A stretch of 64,000 bases of DNA from Diplonema japonicum (taxonomy: Eukaryota; Protista; Euglenozoa: Diplonemea): the NCBI GenBank assembly GCA_964019335.1, contig OZ025753.1:225205-289204 (forward strand), written 5' to 3'. The notes under the pieces were generated by a model. That model did not search any database, was not told the DNA's origin, and saw nothing but the letters and a program-made list of their open reading frames with translations. Positions 43,947 to 55,201 of this stretch are shown in pieces (position 1 is the stretch's first letter; each line of letters opens with the position of its first letter). Made by a program: the position numbers and the translations under genes.

Positions 43947-44623
43947 AAAAAGAAAAGTGGTGTCAGTGGACCCGGTCGGCACCGAAGGGAACCTGCACCT
44001 GGTGAAAGTGCAAGAGGAGGGTGGGGAAGTGGTCCCCGTGGCGGAGTACCAGAGGGTCTTGGAGGCGCGGAAAAGACACAGGGAGTTCGCGGCGGCAAAC
44101 AAGAGGCAGAGGGAGGGGAGCGAGGGGATGGTGGGAACCCCGGACGGACAAGGGAAGTCGCTGGAGGTCCAAAAGTCCAGGAAACAGCTCGCCCCTGCGC
44201 GCGGGGTGGAGGCGCAGGAGGAGATGGACACCTATGTCGGGAGGTTGTCACCATCATCTTCGGAGGGGGGCTCCCAAGGCGCGACCCCATCCCCCTTCAG
44301 ATGGAGGGGGTTGATGACAGCGAGTATAATTGAGAGGGATTTATTGAAAAAGAATAGGCGGCAGGCAGTTGAACGCTGCGTGAGTGGTGGGCGGGTTGTC
44401 GGTGCTGTGCTGCTGCTGTGCGCGCTGTCTGGTGTTTTTCTCCCTCCTCCCACCCCCAAGTCCCGGCGCTCAGCTCCACCAGCGTCTCACATCAGACGCC
44501 AGCTGAGCAGCCTCACCCCCGGCCCCCTACTCCAGGCCGCGAAAAGCCCGACACAACTGCGTTGACCCCTGACTTGTTTATCTTCCTTTTCTTTCCTTTC
44601 TTTCTTTGTTGTTTGTGTTCATC

Positions 44624-44673
<50 letters not shown>

Positions 44674-45088
44674 ACCTAGAAACCCCTGTATTTTCCTTTT
44701 TCTTTTTTTTGTTTTTGTCCAACGATTCTAAAGCTACAGTTTCTGTACTTTATTGGTCGTTCGTGTTCTGCTGGGGCCTGCCGCCTCTGCCTGGGTTTGC
44801 CGCTGCCGTCGTCGCCGTCGTCCGGGGGGGTTGTTTTGCCCGTCGGCCTGCCCGCCGCTCAACGAAAGGATCCCCTCCCCCCCAACACACACTATAAAAC
44901 AAAACAAAAAAAAAATGGATCCAAGACGACTCGCAGGAGGAGGTGACCGCAGCCGCAGCCGCAGCCGCAGCCCGCAGGAGCAAGCCCGCAGCGCACGGCA
45001 CAGAGACCCACCCAACCAGACAATCTGGTTGGGCAGTATGAATCCCCCCCTAGATCCCCCCACTCTCCTTTAGAAAAAATTACATTAA

Positions 45089-46845
45089 CCCATAACACTC
45101 CGGGGCCTATCTACATAGGGGTCCCTTTTTTGCTCCTTTTCATAATTTGAGGGGGAAAATGGCAGAATTTAACCCCCGTTTGCAGGTAAAACGGGTTCTT
45201 TGGACCAGGAAAATTAAAAAAAAAGTTCAAAAATTAATAAAAATACAAAGGGGGTGAAGAGTTGAATGGCCGTAGGGTGCTCAAAAACGACCATGTCAAA
45301 ATGGGTTGTGCACGGGGGGGTGTAAATTGAGCATCCTGGGACAAAAAAGGCAGCATCAGGACCCCTCAGATGTCTCAGACCGAGAGAAGTGCCTCTTTGC
45401 GGGTGGAATATCGGCCTCGAAATCGTCAAGAGGCCTTTTTGGGGTGATGGAAGAGTGGTACGAAAAAAGCACTTATTTGGACAGAGGTGTTGGTTTCAGG
45501 TGTAGCATTTGTAGATTGAGCGTTTTGTGCATCCTTTCAACCTGCAGACCCTGGAGGTGCCCCCTTTGAGTGGCTAGCGGTCACGTTTGGTGTAATCTGG
45601 GGTATCGGGGGTGTGTGCACCACTAGTTGGGTGCCGGGAGTGGTGTTTTTGCAACGCTGGACCCATTAATTAGGCTCTCTCGAAAGCGCTCTTTAAAAGC
45701 AGCCAGGGTGGTGTATCTCTTTGGCATCCCTGAACCATATTTTATTTGAAGTGCATGGCAGTTAACTATTGTCTTCTAGGGTCCACCAGAAGAGTCCGCA
45801 ACACCCAAACGAAATGCAAGCCCCTCACAGTCAAAAAGTAGCTATCGCAAACTACCGTGTTGTCATTTCCCCGGAAAGGCTCTGTTAACCCCAGCCCCGC
45901 TTTTTCCACAACACTGAAATCTTCAAGTGTGTGCCCCTCGATTTTGGTGGCGTGGATGTGAAAACGCAAAAGATAACCCGTGCTCGTGCAGTTTAGGCAG
46001 TAGATTTTTATGCCACATCTTTTACGCTTGAGAGGACAGTAGACCCGCAGCCCCCCAATTGCCCCGTGAAGGTACGAGTGTCTCGTCAATGCTTAATTAT
46101 TTTCCTGGCACTGCTGCTTTTGCCCACTTGTCACCAATTCTGCCCAGAAGCCCTCGTATCTTCACAACACATCACCGTTTGACTCTTCTGTGTGAGTGAA
46201 GTGGAGGCTACTTTTGATTTCCCAGTAGCGTCTCCTGGGCATCGTGTTACTGAAAAGGGGGATTTTCATGGGTCCTATGGACCAATACGACTGCTGATTC
46301 TGGGCACGCCGTAAACGCATCGCAATGCTCAATCCGAGTAAGCGGTGGAGTCCTGGGTCGAAATTTTATCAATCTCAGCGTCCTTTTGCTTGTTTGTCTC
46401 TTCTTGGATGACGTCTGTGAGCTTCTTATAAAAAAACCGAAGGAATAACCATTTTGCGTCGTCAGGTTTCTGCGTACCACGGGACAGGTTTTTTTCTCCC
46501 CACTGGCCTATTGTATGGTCTCTATGGGTACCAACCCCCTTACCCATGAAGGTTGGACCTCGTCCGTAGCTGTTTTGACTTTACCTTTGCGTTTTTTGGG
46601 AACAATTTGGGCACAGTATGCACACCCGTTATTTTGCGTTTTTAGCCTATCTACTCGGATTTGGGACCCACTTGGTGGGTGGATAACAAGGTAAAGTGAT
46701 GCAGCGCAGCATGAATTGCAGTTGAAAATAACTCCTCACTATAGTCGTTCTTGGAGATCCAGGGGTCGTGGGGACGAAGAAAAGTACTTAGAGAAAAAAA
46801 CGATTTTTCAAAACGACAAATATTTGCGCCTTGGAGTGTTATGGG
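45089..46845 (-). mobile_element. Defective piggyBac transposon (family PB-a)
   Basis: TTAA-CCCATAACACTCC ... GGAGTGTTATGGG-TTAA termini. Minus-strand transposase remnant YCPLKRKRCGIKIYCLNCTSTGYLLRFHIH..TVVCDSYF. Confidence 0.88.
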
Positions 46846-46849
46846 TTAA

Positions 46850-48348
46850 CCATTAAAGGACGAAGCGCTAGATATCTAGCGATCAAAAAATTAAAATTTT
46901 TGTTTTGGCATTTTAAGTACCATAGACCCTTACCCTTGCACAGAATGACCTAGTTCCGCGATTTCTTTTCCATCGAAAATCACTTTTGGCCCCTAGATTA
47001 ACCTCCAAAAACACCCTCGAAACCAGTTTTTGGTGGCACGAAAGCTCATATGAGCAGTACTGATTCAGACGAGTTCGGGAGTGCCAAAGGGGATATTCTC
47101 ACTGACGATGGGACCTCACCTAGCGCCAGTAGTGACGAGAAGAGTGAAAATATGCCCTGGGAGAGCGATATTACGCAGGTTACGCGTAAGAAGTGACAGG
47201 GCACAGGGGGGCAGAAATCACCCTTTTCCCACATGAGTGCATCAAGGATTTCCAAGCTGTTCAGCTCAATGGGTTTGTGAAATCTTGCACCGTTTGCAAG
47301 TACCACAACCCCGACTTTGACTTCACTGTGGACGATATCTATCAGTTTCTGGCCTTGTGGGTGCTCATGGACATCATCCGTAAGGCTGGCATAAAAGATT
47401 ACTGGCCGACCATTTGTGCCCTCGCCACACCTTTTTTTGGCAAGTGTAATGAAACGTACTGCTTTTTGCGCTTACAGCGGTCGTTGCATTTTGGAGGGGT
47501 GAAGAGACCCCGGGTGCCCGCGCCGGTACAAACAATCATGTTTAGAGTGTAACCGGTGTCTGATTTGCATTTTGAACCCATAACGCTTCCTCTTCTTCGG
47601 CTCATAAACAATGAACCCGACACGGCTTCTACAGTGTATGATGGTTCATCCACAGCAAGGTTTCGCTTGGGTACATACAGGGATGACCAAGAAGGAACCA
47701 CAAGATTTATAAGATTGTGCCCTTTAGCCATTCTGTCTCCTTCTCCTCCACCAGGGGGCAACCCAAACCGCATTTGGCGCATTATTCTTAGGAGCCTGTT
47801 TCTTTCCATTAGTAGACCTTGATATCTGTCTTGATTATGAGCCCTGTAAGTATCCAAAGGCCTCTATACCACTCGAATGGCTTGCTGCCCACCCCACGAT
47901 AGCTTTTTAGAGCCACAGGAGTGAAAAACAACTCAAAGTACAGGACAAACCCCCTGCTGGAGGGGCGCCCTATCAAAAACAAAGGAAAAACCTCCAGTCC
48001 GTTGAGACCCACTACTGGTACACTTGGACCTGGTACCTTGCGAAATATTTTCCTCCCCACCTTCTCGATTTTGTCCTCCCATTCTATATCCGGGATATCC
48101 CCATCATCCGGTGACTGACCCTTCTTCAGAAGTACTTTCGGCACAACTCCTTATGGGGTGTAGAAAAAACAATGTCTGTGCCACTATTTTTTTTCTCCCC
48201 TTGCAGTTTGGATGCAAAGATTTACGGGCGATAAAAAAAGTCGCGCAATAAGGCCCCTCTTTAAAGAGTGGGCATGCAGAGCAAAATGCCTTAGCAGAAT
48301 TTTAGTTTTTTTTTTTTAGCTGAATATTCAGCTCCGGTCCTTTATGGG
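46850..48348. mobile_element. Defective composite piggyBac element with convergent transposase 5' fragments
   Basis: TTAA-CCATTAAAGGAC ... GTCCTTTATGGG-TTAA. Plus strand: VDDIYQFLALWVLMDIIRKAGIKDYW..LQRSLHF. Minus strand: MERNRLLRIMRQMRF..DRMAK..YVPKRNLAVDE. Confidence 0.82.
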
Positions 48349-49047
48349 TTAATAAATAATAATTGCACACAATCCCCCCTCCCCCCTTTTTTTTACCCCC
48401 ACTTTTTTATGTTATTTCTTTAAAAGAAAGTAAGCTTTGGCTGAAACCAATGTGAGCCATGGTAAACAAAAAACAAAAAATACACAAGGGTGAGAGGGTA
48501 GGTTTTAAATGATGAGAAGAGTTAACAGAAGGAAGCCAAAGAGAGCAGTAGCGAAAAAGTGAATTGACAAGGGGGGAAAGAGGGAGGAGAAAGCAGACGA
48601 AAGGGAAAAGAAACATGCAAGAGTGACACGGGGGTAGGGATCAAGCCCTCCAAGCTGATCCCAAAGCATGGAATAACCCTACACTGCAGATCCAAGCTTG
48701 AGTACCACCCAACATCATCACTTAGGCTGCCAAGGTTGCTCACTCCTTTAATTGGAACCCCTCACAAGTGTAAAAAAAAAAAAAAAAGAACCTATTCCGA
48801 GGGTGTTTAGGAAAAAGAAAACTTTTTTTTTTCCTCTTTTTATTTTTCTTTTTTCTTTTTCCCCCCTCCATCTCTTCCTCTCAAGTTCTGATAGCCCTCC
48901 CTCCCCCCCCACTTTCTTGAACTTCTTTTCACCACATTTTTTGAAGGTAAATAAAAAATGCCTTTCCCGTCCCTTGTTCACTCCGCCGTGCACCCCGATA
49001 TCCTCCCTTTAGTTTCTTCCCCCTGGTTTCGCACGGGTGGGTCCATT

Positions 49048-49249
49048 AGGAGTTTAGGGAGTTAACAAAAGACCTAGCCCCAAAGAAGGCGGTGAAAACA
49101 GCCATGGTGGGCCAGCCAGGGAGCCTGAACACCAAAAACACCGCGGAGCCAAATTTGCATCCGGAATTCTCGGTTTTCAAACTTACAAAAACCCCCTGTA
49201 GGCATCTGCGTCCGTCCAGCCCCATTTTGGCACCCCTTTTGGGTGCGGA
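49048..49249. repeat. Dispersed repeat family B, copy 2
   Basis: Near-identical to 43735-43946. Confidence 0.85.
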
Positions 49250-49436
49250 TTGGGACCCCCCCCCCCCCCCCCCCCCCCCTGACAAGAGGGGGAGGGAAGG
49301 GAGCGAAGGCACGCTGAAGGACAATACAAGCATGACCAGGTATATAGAGAGAGAAAAAAAAAAGAAAAAAAAAGAGAGAGGAGAAGTAAGTTTTTTTTTT
49401 TTTTAGGGGACCAATGTTTCCAACCTCCCTGTGGTG

Positions 49437-49854
49437 GTTCCTGGTAATTGTGGTTTGGAGAAACACAAGCGAAAGGGAAACTCTCGTTCTAAAGCCGTAC
49501 ACGTGGGGAAACCTGGACGGGGGTGGAGAGCCCACCCTACGCGTGGCGCCAGTTTGCATCGCCCTCAACGGAGAGTCCCTTATCCCATTACATCGAACAA
49601 GGAGGTGGCTTCACCAGGTCAGGCAAGTAGCCTCCCCGCGGCATCGTGCCAGTGAAGCAAGCCTCCCACAACTCTCCAGTTGGTGTTTAATTGCTTCTGT
49701 GGCCCCTCTCCCTATTTCAATTTCCAAGCTTTCTTTACCTCTCCACTTTTACTTTCTACGGGACCACAGGGGACTTGGGAGGCTTCGGGGCGAAGTTTCA
49801 CAAGGGTGGCCGCTGTGTCACATACTGCATGGCACCACTAAAATCGAGACAACT
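49437..49854. repeat. Dispersed repeat family A, copy 2
   Basis: Near-identical to 1054-1431, with two extra internal segments. Confidence 0.85.
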
Positions 49855-50517
49855 TTTTTTTTTATTTCCTCTCTTGTGTGGTGTGTTTGATGTTCCTCTG
49901 GTTAGGGTGGTCTTTGGGTTTGCTCTCATTCTCGTCCCCTCTTTTTAAAAAAAAAAAAAAAAAGAATAAAGGAGGGCCTCTAATGGTCGAAACCTGGGGC
50001 GGAGGCTCACTTAATTGCACTAGAATAGTTCGTTTTTGAATTTGCCTCTTCTTCTTCTTCCCTTTAAAAAAATCCTTCCCCTTAAAAAAAAAAAGGGAAT
50101 AGAGGAGACTCACGCCTTGCTCTCGGGTTCAATATCCATTTGAGAGGGCCGCAAGGATGCGATACATCTTGGTACGCATCCAGAAATGCTCAGCACGTTG
50201 TGGAAGGTCAGCCTTCCCAACGCCAAATCAAGGGTGCATACCCTTCGACATCTTGGGGGCCCGACGGCACACGGCTACGACAGGAGACCACTCTTCACCT
50301 CGAGCCAAACCGCCCCCTACCTAGCACGACTCCAAGCAATGTTTCTCACCCAGATGCCGTCCATCTCATCGAGACAAACAGCCACCGCAGGCACCAGACA
50401 GCAACCGCAGAACGGTGACCGATTAGTGTGAATTTCTTCTTGAACAGTGAGCACCCATGCCAATTGAAATTTTATCGAGTTTTTCTTGCCACTTTTCCAC
50501 CTCTCTACCAGGTTAAT

Positions 50518-53500
50518 ATGCGTTTTCTTTTCATATGTGCTTTGATACACTCTGCAACATCTGCTACTCCTCAGCCGGGATGCGGCGAAGTTTCCTCTTA
50601 CCATAGTTATGGTTGGGATCCGTTTAGGGCTCAAGTTGGTGTCGGTAAAATTTATTGGCATAGATTCGGAGGTTTTATTTCAATTACATGTAAGTGCTGT
50701 TACTGTGCATCAGAGCCCACATATGTATTAGGCCTTGATAATTCGCAGCAGGGTAAATTTGTACACGTCGATGGAACAACGTACGGTAATAGGGCAAGAT
50801 GTTGCGGTACATCAACCAGATCAGCGCATCTTCCTGCTAACACACTGCTTACCGCAACACAATTCTGCGCAGCCAACAAAGACTTCTTACCAACACCCGC
50901 ACCTCCATCGCCGAGTCCTCCAACACTATCACCACCAACACCAGCACCGACACAAAGTCCACTGACTCCAAGTCCACCTACTGCAGCACCACCTACACCA
51001 AGTCCACCGACACCATCACCACCGACTCCAAGTCCACCTACTCCATCACCACCTACTCCAATTCCACCTACTGCAGCACCTACTGCAGCACCACCTACTC
51101 CAAGTCCACCTACTGAAGCACCACCTACTCCAAGTCCACCTACTGCAGCACCACCGACTCCAAGTCTACCGACACCATCACCACCTACTGCAGCACCACC
51201 GACCCCAAGTCCACCGACACCAAGTCCACCTACTGCAGCACCACCGACTCCAAGTCCACCAACTCCATCACCACCAACTCCAAGTCCACCGACACCATCA
51301 CCACCTACAGCAGCACCACCGACTCCAAGTCCACCGACACCATCACCACCTACTGCAGCACCACCGACTCCAAGTCCACCAACTCCATCACCACCAACTC
51401 CAAGTCCACCGACACCATCACCACCTACAGCAGCACCACCTACCCCAAGTCCACCAACTCCAAGTCCACCTACTGCAGCACCACCGACTCCAAGTCCACC
51501 GACACCATCACCACCTACTGCAGCACCACCGACCCCAAGTCCACCAACTCCAAGTCCACCTACTGCAGCACCACCGACTCCAAGTCCACCAACTCCATCA
51601 CCACCGACTCCAAGTCCACCTACTTCAGCACCACCGACTCCAAGTCCACCAACTCCATCACCACCGACTCCAAGTCCACCTACTTCAGCACCACCGACTC
51701 CAAGTCCACCAACTCCATCACCACCGACTCCAAGTCCACCTACTTCAGCACCACCGACTCCAAGTCCACCAACTCCATCACCACCAACTCCAAGTCCACC
51801 TACTTCAGCACCACCTACTGCAGCACCACCGACCCCAAGTCCACCAACTCCATCACCACCGACTGCAGCACCACCGACTCCAAGTCCACCTACAGAAGCA
51901 CCACCGACTCCAAGTCCACCGACACCATCACCACCTACAGCAGCACCACCGACCCCAAGTCCACCAACTCCAAGTCCACCTACTGCAGCACCACCGACTC
52001 CAAGTCCACCAACTCCATCACCACCAACTCCAAGTCCACCTACTTCAGCACCACCTACTGCAGCACCACCGACACCATCACCACCTACAGCAGCACCACC
52101 GACCCCAAGTCCACCAACTCCAAGTCCACCTACTGCAGCACCACCGACTCCAAGTCCACCAACTCCATCACCACCGACTCCAAGTCCACCGACACCATCA
52201 CCACCTACTGCAGCACCACCTACTGCAGCACCACCGACCCCAAGTCCACCAACTCCAAGTCCACCTACTGCAGCACCACCGACTCCAAGTCCACCAACTC
52301 CATCACCACCGACTCCAAGTCCACCGACACCATCACCACCTACTGCAGCACCACCTACTGCAGCACCACCGACCCCAAGTCCACCAACTCCAAGTCCACC
52401 TACTGCAGCACCACCGACTCCAAGTCCACCAACTCCATCACCACCGACTCCAAGTCCACCGACACCATCACCACCTACTGCAGCACCACCTACTGCAGCA
52501 CCTCCTACTGCAGCACCACCGACCCCAAGTCCACCAACTCCAAGTCCACCTACTGCAGCACCACCGACTCCAAGTCCACCGACACCATCACCACCTACTG
52601 CAGCACCACCGACCCCAAGTCCACCAACTCCAAGTCCACCTACTGCAGCACCACCGACTCCAAGTCCACCAACTCCATCACCACCGACTCCAAGTCCACC
52701 GACACCATCACCACCTACTGCAGCACCACCTACTGCAGCACCACCTACAGCAGCACCTCCTACTGCAGCACCACCGACCCCAAGTCCACCAACTCCAAGT
52801 CCACCTACTGCAGCACCACCGACTCCAAGTCCACCAACTCCATCACCACCGACTCCAAGTCCACCTACTGCAGCACCACCGACTCCAAGTCCACCAACTC
52901 GAAGTCCACCGACACCATCACCACCTACAGCAGCACCACCGACCCCAAGTCCACCAACTCCATCACCACCGACTCCAAGTCCACCTACTGCAGCACCACC
53001 GACCCCAAGTCCACCAACTCCAAGTCCACCTACTTCAGCACCACCGACTCCAAGTCCACCAACTCCAAGTCCACCTACTGCAGCACGACCGACCCCAAGT
53101 CCACCAACTCCATCACCACCGACTGCAGCACCACCGACTCCAAGTCCACCGACACCATCACCACCTACTGCAGCACCACCGACCCCAAGTCCACCAACTC
53201 CATCACCACCGACTGCAGCACCACCGACTGCAGCACCACCGACTCCAAGTCCACCAACTCCAAGTCCACCTACAGAAGCACCACCGACTCCAAGTCCACC
53301 GACACCATCACCACCTACTGCAGCACCACCGACTCCAAGTCCACCAACTCCATCACCACCGACTGCAGCACCACCTACTCCAAGTCCACCTACTTCAGCA
53401 CCACCTACTACAGCACCACCGACCCCAAGTCCATCAACTCCATCACCACCAACTCCAAGTCCACCTACTGCAGCACCACCGACTCCAAGTCCACCGACAC

Positions 53501-54633
53501 CATCACCACCTACTGCAGCACCACCGACCCCAAGTCCACCTACTTCAGCACCACCTACTGCAGCACCACCGACTCCAAGTCCACCAACTCCATCACCACC
53601 GACTGCAGCACCACCTACTCCAAGTCCACCTACTTCAGCACCACCTACTACAGCACCACCGACCCCAAGTCCACCAACTCCAAGTCCACCTACTGCAGCA
53701 CCACCGACCCCAAGTCCACCGACACCATCACCACCGACTCCAAGTCCACCAACTGAAGCGCCACCTACTCCAAGTCCACCGACTCCAAGTCCGCCTACTG
53801 CAGCACCACCTACCCCAAGTCCACCTACTAAAGCGCCACCTACTCCAAGTCCACCGACACAAAGTCCACCGACTCCAAGTCCGCCTACTGGAGTACCACC
53901 TACTGCAGCACCACCGACTCTAAGTCCACCGACACCATCACCACCTACTGAAGCACCACCGACTCCAAGTCCACCTACTGCAGCACCACCTTCCCCAAGT
54001 CCACCTACTGCAGCACCACCGACTCCAAGTCCACCAACTTCAAGTCCACCAACTCCTAGTCCACCTACTGGATCACCACCGACACTAAGTCCGCCGACAC
54101 AGTCACCACCGACATCTTCACCACCCACACCAAGTCCAGCTACACCGAGTCCACCGACTCAGTCCCCGGCAACACCTACGCCACTGACTCCAATTCCACC
54201 CACATTATCTCCTCCGAAACCACCAACACCTAGTCCTCCGACACTGAGTCCAGAAACATCTTCACCACCTACGACTGCGCCGACAGCGTTGCCTACAGGA
54301 GTGACAGAGCCAACAACACCGGCACCACCGACACCTTCACCTTTAAGTAGTGACACACTCTCGCCACCAACGCCAGCACCACTCACACCCTCACCCTCAA
54401 AACTGGAAGGAGACGTGCCACTGGATGCACCAACAGATGTGGCGACTCCTGACGCAGTGCCTCTTGAGAGCACTCTGCAGCCTGAGGATCTGGGTGAAGG
54501 AACGCGGTGGTGGTTCTATCTCGCTTTCTTCGGTGCTTTGAGCACGGTGCTGATGGGTCTGAGTGCTTTCCTGTGGTTGTATGTCAGGAATTCCCGCAGT
54601 CTTGCAGATGAGAATGAGAACTTACCTTTCTAG
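50518..54633 (+). CDS. Mucin/extensin-like type I surface protein with a Cys-rich head and a long PTPSP/PTAAP stalk
   Basis: ATG preceded by CTCTCTACCAG. Signal peptide MRFLFICALIHSATS, Cys-rich ~110-aa head, >1000 aa of pentapeptide repeats, TM helix WWFYLAFFGALSTVLMGLSAFLWLYV, short tail. Confidence 0.9.
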   Translation: MRFLFICALIHSATSATPQPGCGEVSSYHSYGWDPFRAQVGVGKIYWHRFGGFISITCKCCYCASEPTYVLGLDNSQQGKFVHVDGTTYGNRARCCGTSTRSAHLPANTLLTATQFCAANKDFLPTPAPPSPSPPTLSPPTPAPTQSPLTPSPPTAAPPTPSPPTPSPPTPSPPTPSPPTPIPPTAAPTAAPPTPSPPTEAPPTPSPPTAAPPTPSLPTPSPPTAAPPTPSPPTPSPPTAAPPTPSPPTPSPPTPSPPTPSPPTAAPPTPSPPTPSPPTAAPPTPSPPTPSPPTPSPPTPSPPTAAPPTPSPPTPSPPTAAPPTPSPPTPSPPTAAPPTPSPPTPSPPTAAPPTPSPPTPSPPTPSPPTSAPPTPSPPTPSPPTPSPPTSAPPTPSPPTPSPPTPSPPTSAPPTPSPPTPSPPTPSPPTSAPPTAAPPTPSPPTPSPPTAAPPTPSPPTEAPPTPSPPTPSPPTAAPPTPSPPTPSPPTAAPPTPSPPTPSPPTPSPPTSAPPTAAPPTPSPPTAAPPTPSPPTPSPPTAAPPTPSPPTPSPPTPSPPTPSPPTAAPPTAAPPTPSPPTPSPPTAAPPTPSPPTPSPPTPSPPTPSPPTAAPPTAAPPTPSPPTPSPPTAAPPTPSPPTPSPPTPSPPTPSPPTAAPPTAAPPTAAPPTPSPPTPSPPTAAPPTPSPPTPSPPTAAPPTPSPPTPSPPTAAPPTPSPPTPSPPTPSPPTPSPPTAAPPTAAPPTAAPPTAAPPTPSPPTPSPPTAAPPTPSPPTPSPPTPSPPTAAPPTPSPPTRSPPTPSPPTAAPPTPSPPTPSPPTPSPPTAAPPTPSPPTPSPPTSAPPTPSPPTPSPPTAARPTPSPPTPSPPTAAPPTPSPPTPSPPTAAPPTPSPPTPSPPTAAPPTAAPPTPSPPTPSPPTEAPPTPSPPTPSPPTAAPPTPSPPTPSPPTAAPPTPSPPTSAPPTTAPPTPSPSTPSPPTPSPPTAAPPTPSPPTPSPPTAAPPTPSPPTSAPPTAAPPTPSPPTPSPPTAAPPTPSPPTSAPPTTAPPTPSPPTPSPPTAAPPTPSPPTPSPPTPSPPTEAPPTPSPPTPSPPTAAPPTPSPPTKAPPTPSPPTQSPPTPSPPTGVPPTAAPPTLSPPTPSPPTEAPPTPSPPTAAPPSPSPPTAAPPTPSPPTSSPPTPSPPTGSPPTLSPPTQSPPTSSPPTPSPATPSPPTQSPATPTPLTPIPPTLSPPKPPTPSPPTLSPETSSPPTTAPTALPTGVTEPTTPAPPTPSPLSSDTLSPPTPAPLTPSPSKLEGDVPLDAPTDVATPDAVPLESTLQPEDLGEGTRWWFYLAFFGALSTVLMGLSAFLWLYVRNSRSLADENENLPF
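50890..54260 (+). repeat. Coding 15-bp minisatellite (CCACCxACTCCAAGT / CCACCTACTGCAGCA units)
   Basis: Over 200 tandem 15-bp units, with higher-order 60- and 120-bp periodicity. Confidence 0.95.
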
Positions 54634-55201
54634 GGTTTGGGACGAGGTGTTGCTCCTGCAGTGAACACTCCTCCATGTGGTGCTGTGTACAACGCTATGG
54701 AATTGCTGGTTGTGTGGTCGTGATTTCGAAGGCTAACCACTTTGTTTCCTATCATGGTGAATTTTTCTTCTTTCTCACAGTATTTTCTTCTTCTTCTTCT
54801 TCCTCCTCCTTCTTCTTCCTTTCCTATTCCTTTCCCTACCGTCCCCTTCTTCATTTGAAACTGGTAAAAAAAAGCAAAAAAAAAAAAAAAAAAAATCTCG
54901 ACCTATGAAGTTTTTTCACCGATGAAAAAAAAGCAGGGGAAAAGAAGAAGAAGAAGAAGAAGAAGAAGAAAAAGAAAAAAGAAGAAGAATGAAAAAAAGC
55001 CCTCCTCGTCAAAACAAAAAGAAAAGAGACGAGGGTTAAGATTATTGTTCCTCCCTTCTTCTTCTTTTTTTTTTTAAAGTAAATATTTTACTTTTGAAGA
55101 GTACTTTACTATTATTAGCCTTTCTATTCTCTCTCCTTACTACTAAAAACGTTATTAAACAAAAGATAGATGGATATTTCACATTATCTTTTTTTTTTTA
55201 A

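Noticed and set aside
50140-50431. Possible non-LTR reverse-transcriptase remnant (AKSRVHTLRHLGGPT)
   Set aside because: The resemblance is too short and no catalytic motif is visible.
50700-54128. 1142-aa Gly/Val-rich ORF on the minus strand
   Set aside because: Antisense shadow of the Pro/Thr repeat gene. The + strand has the signal peptide and TM helix.
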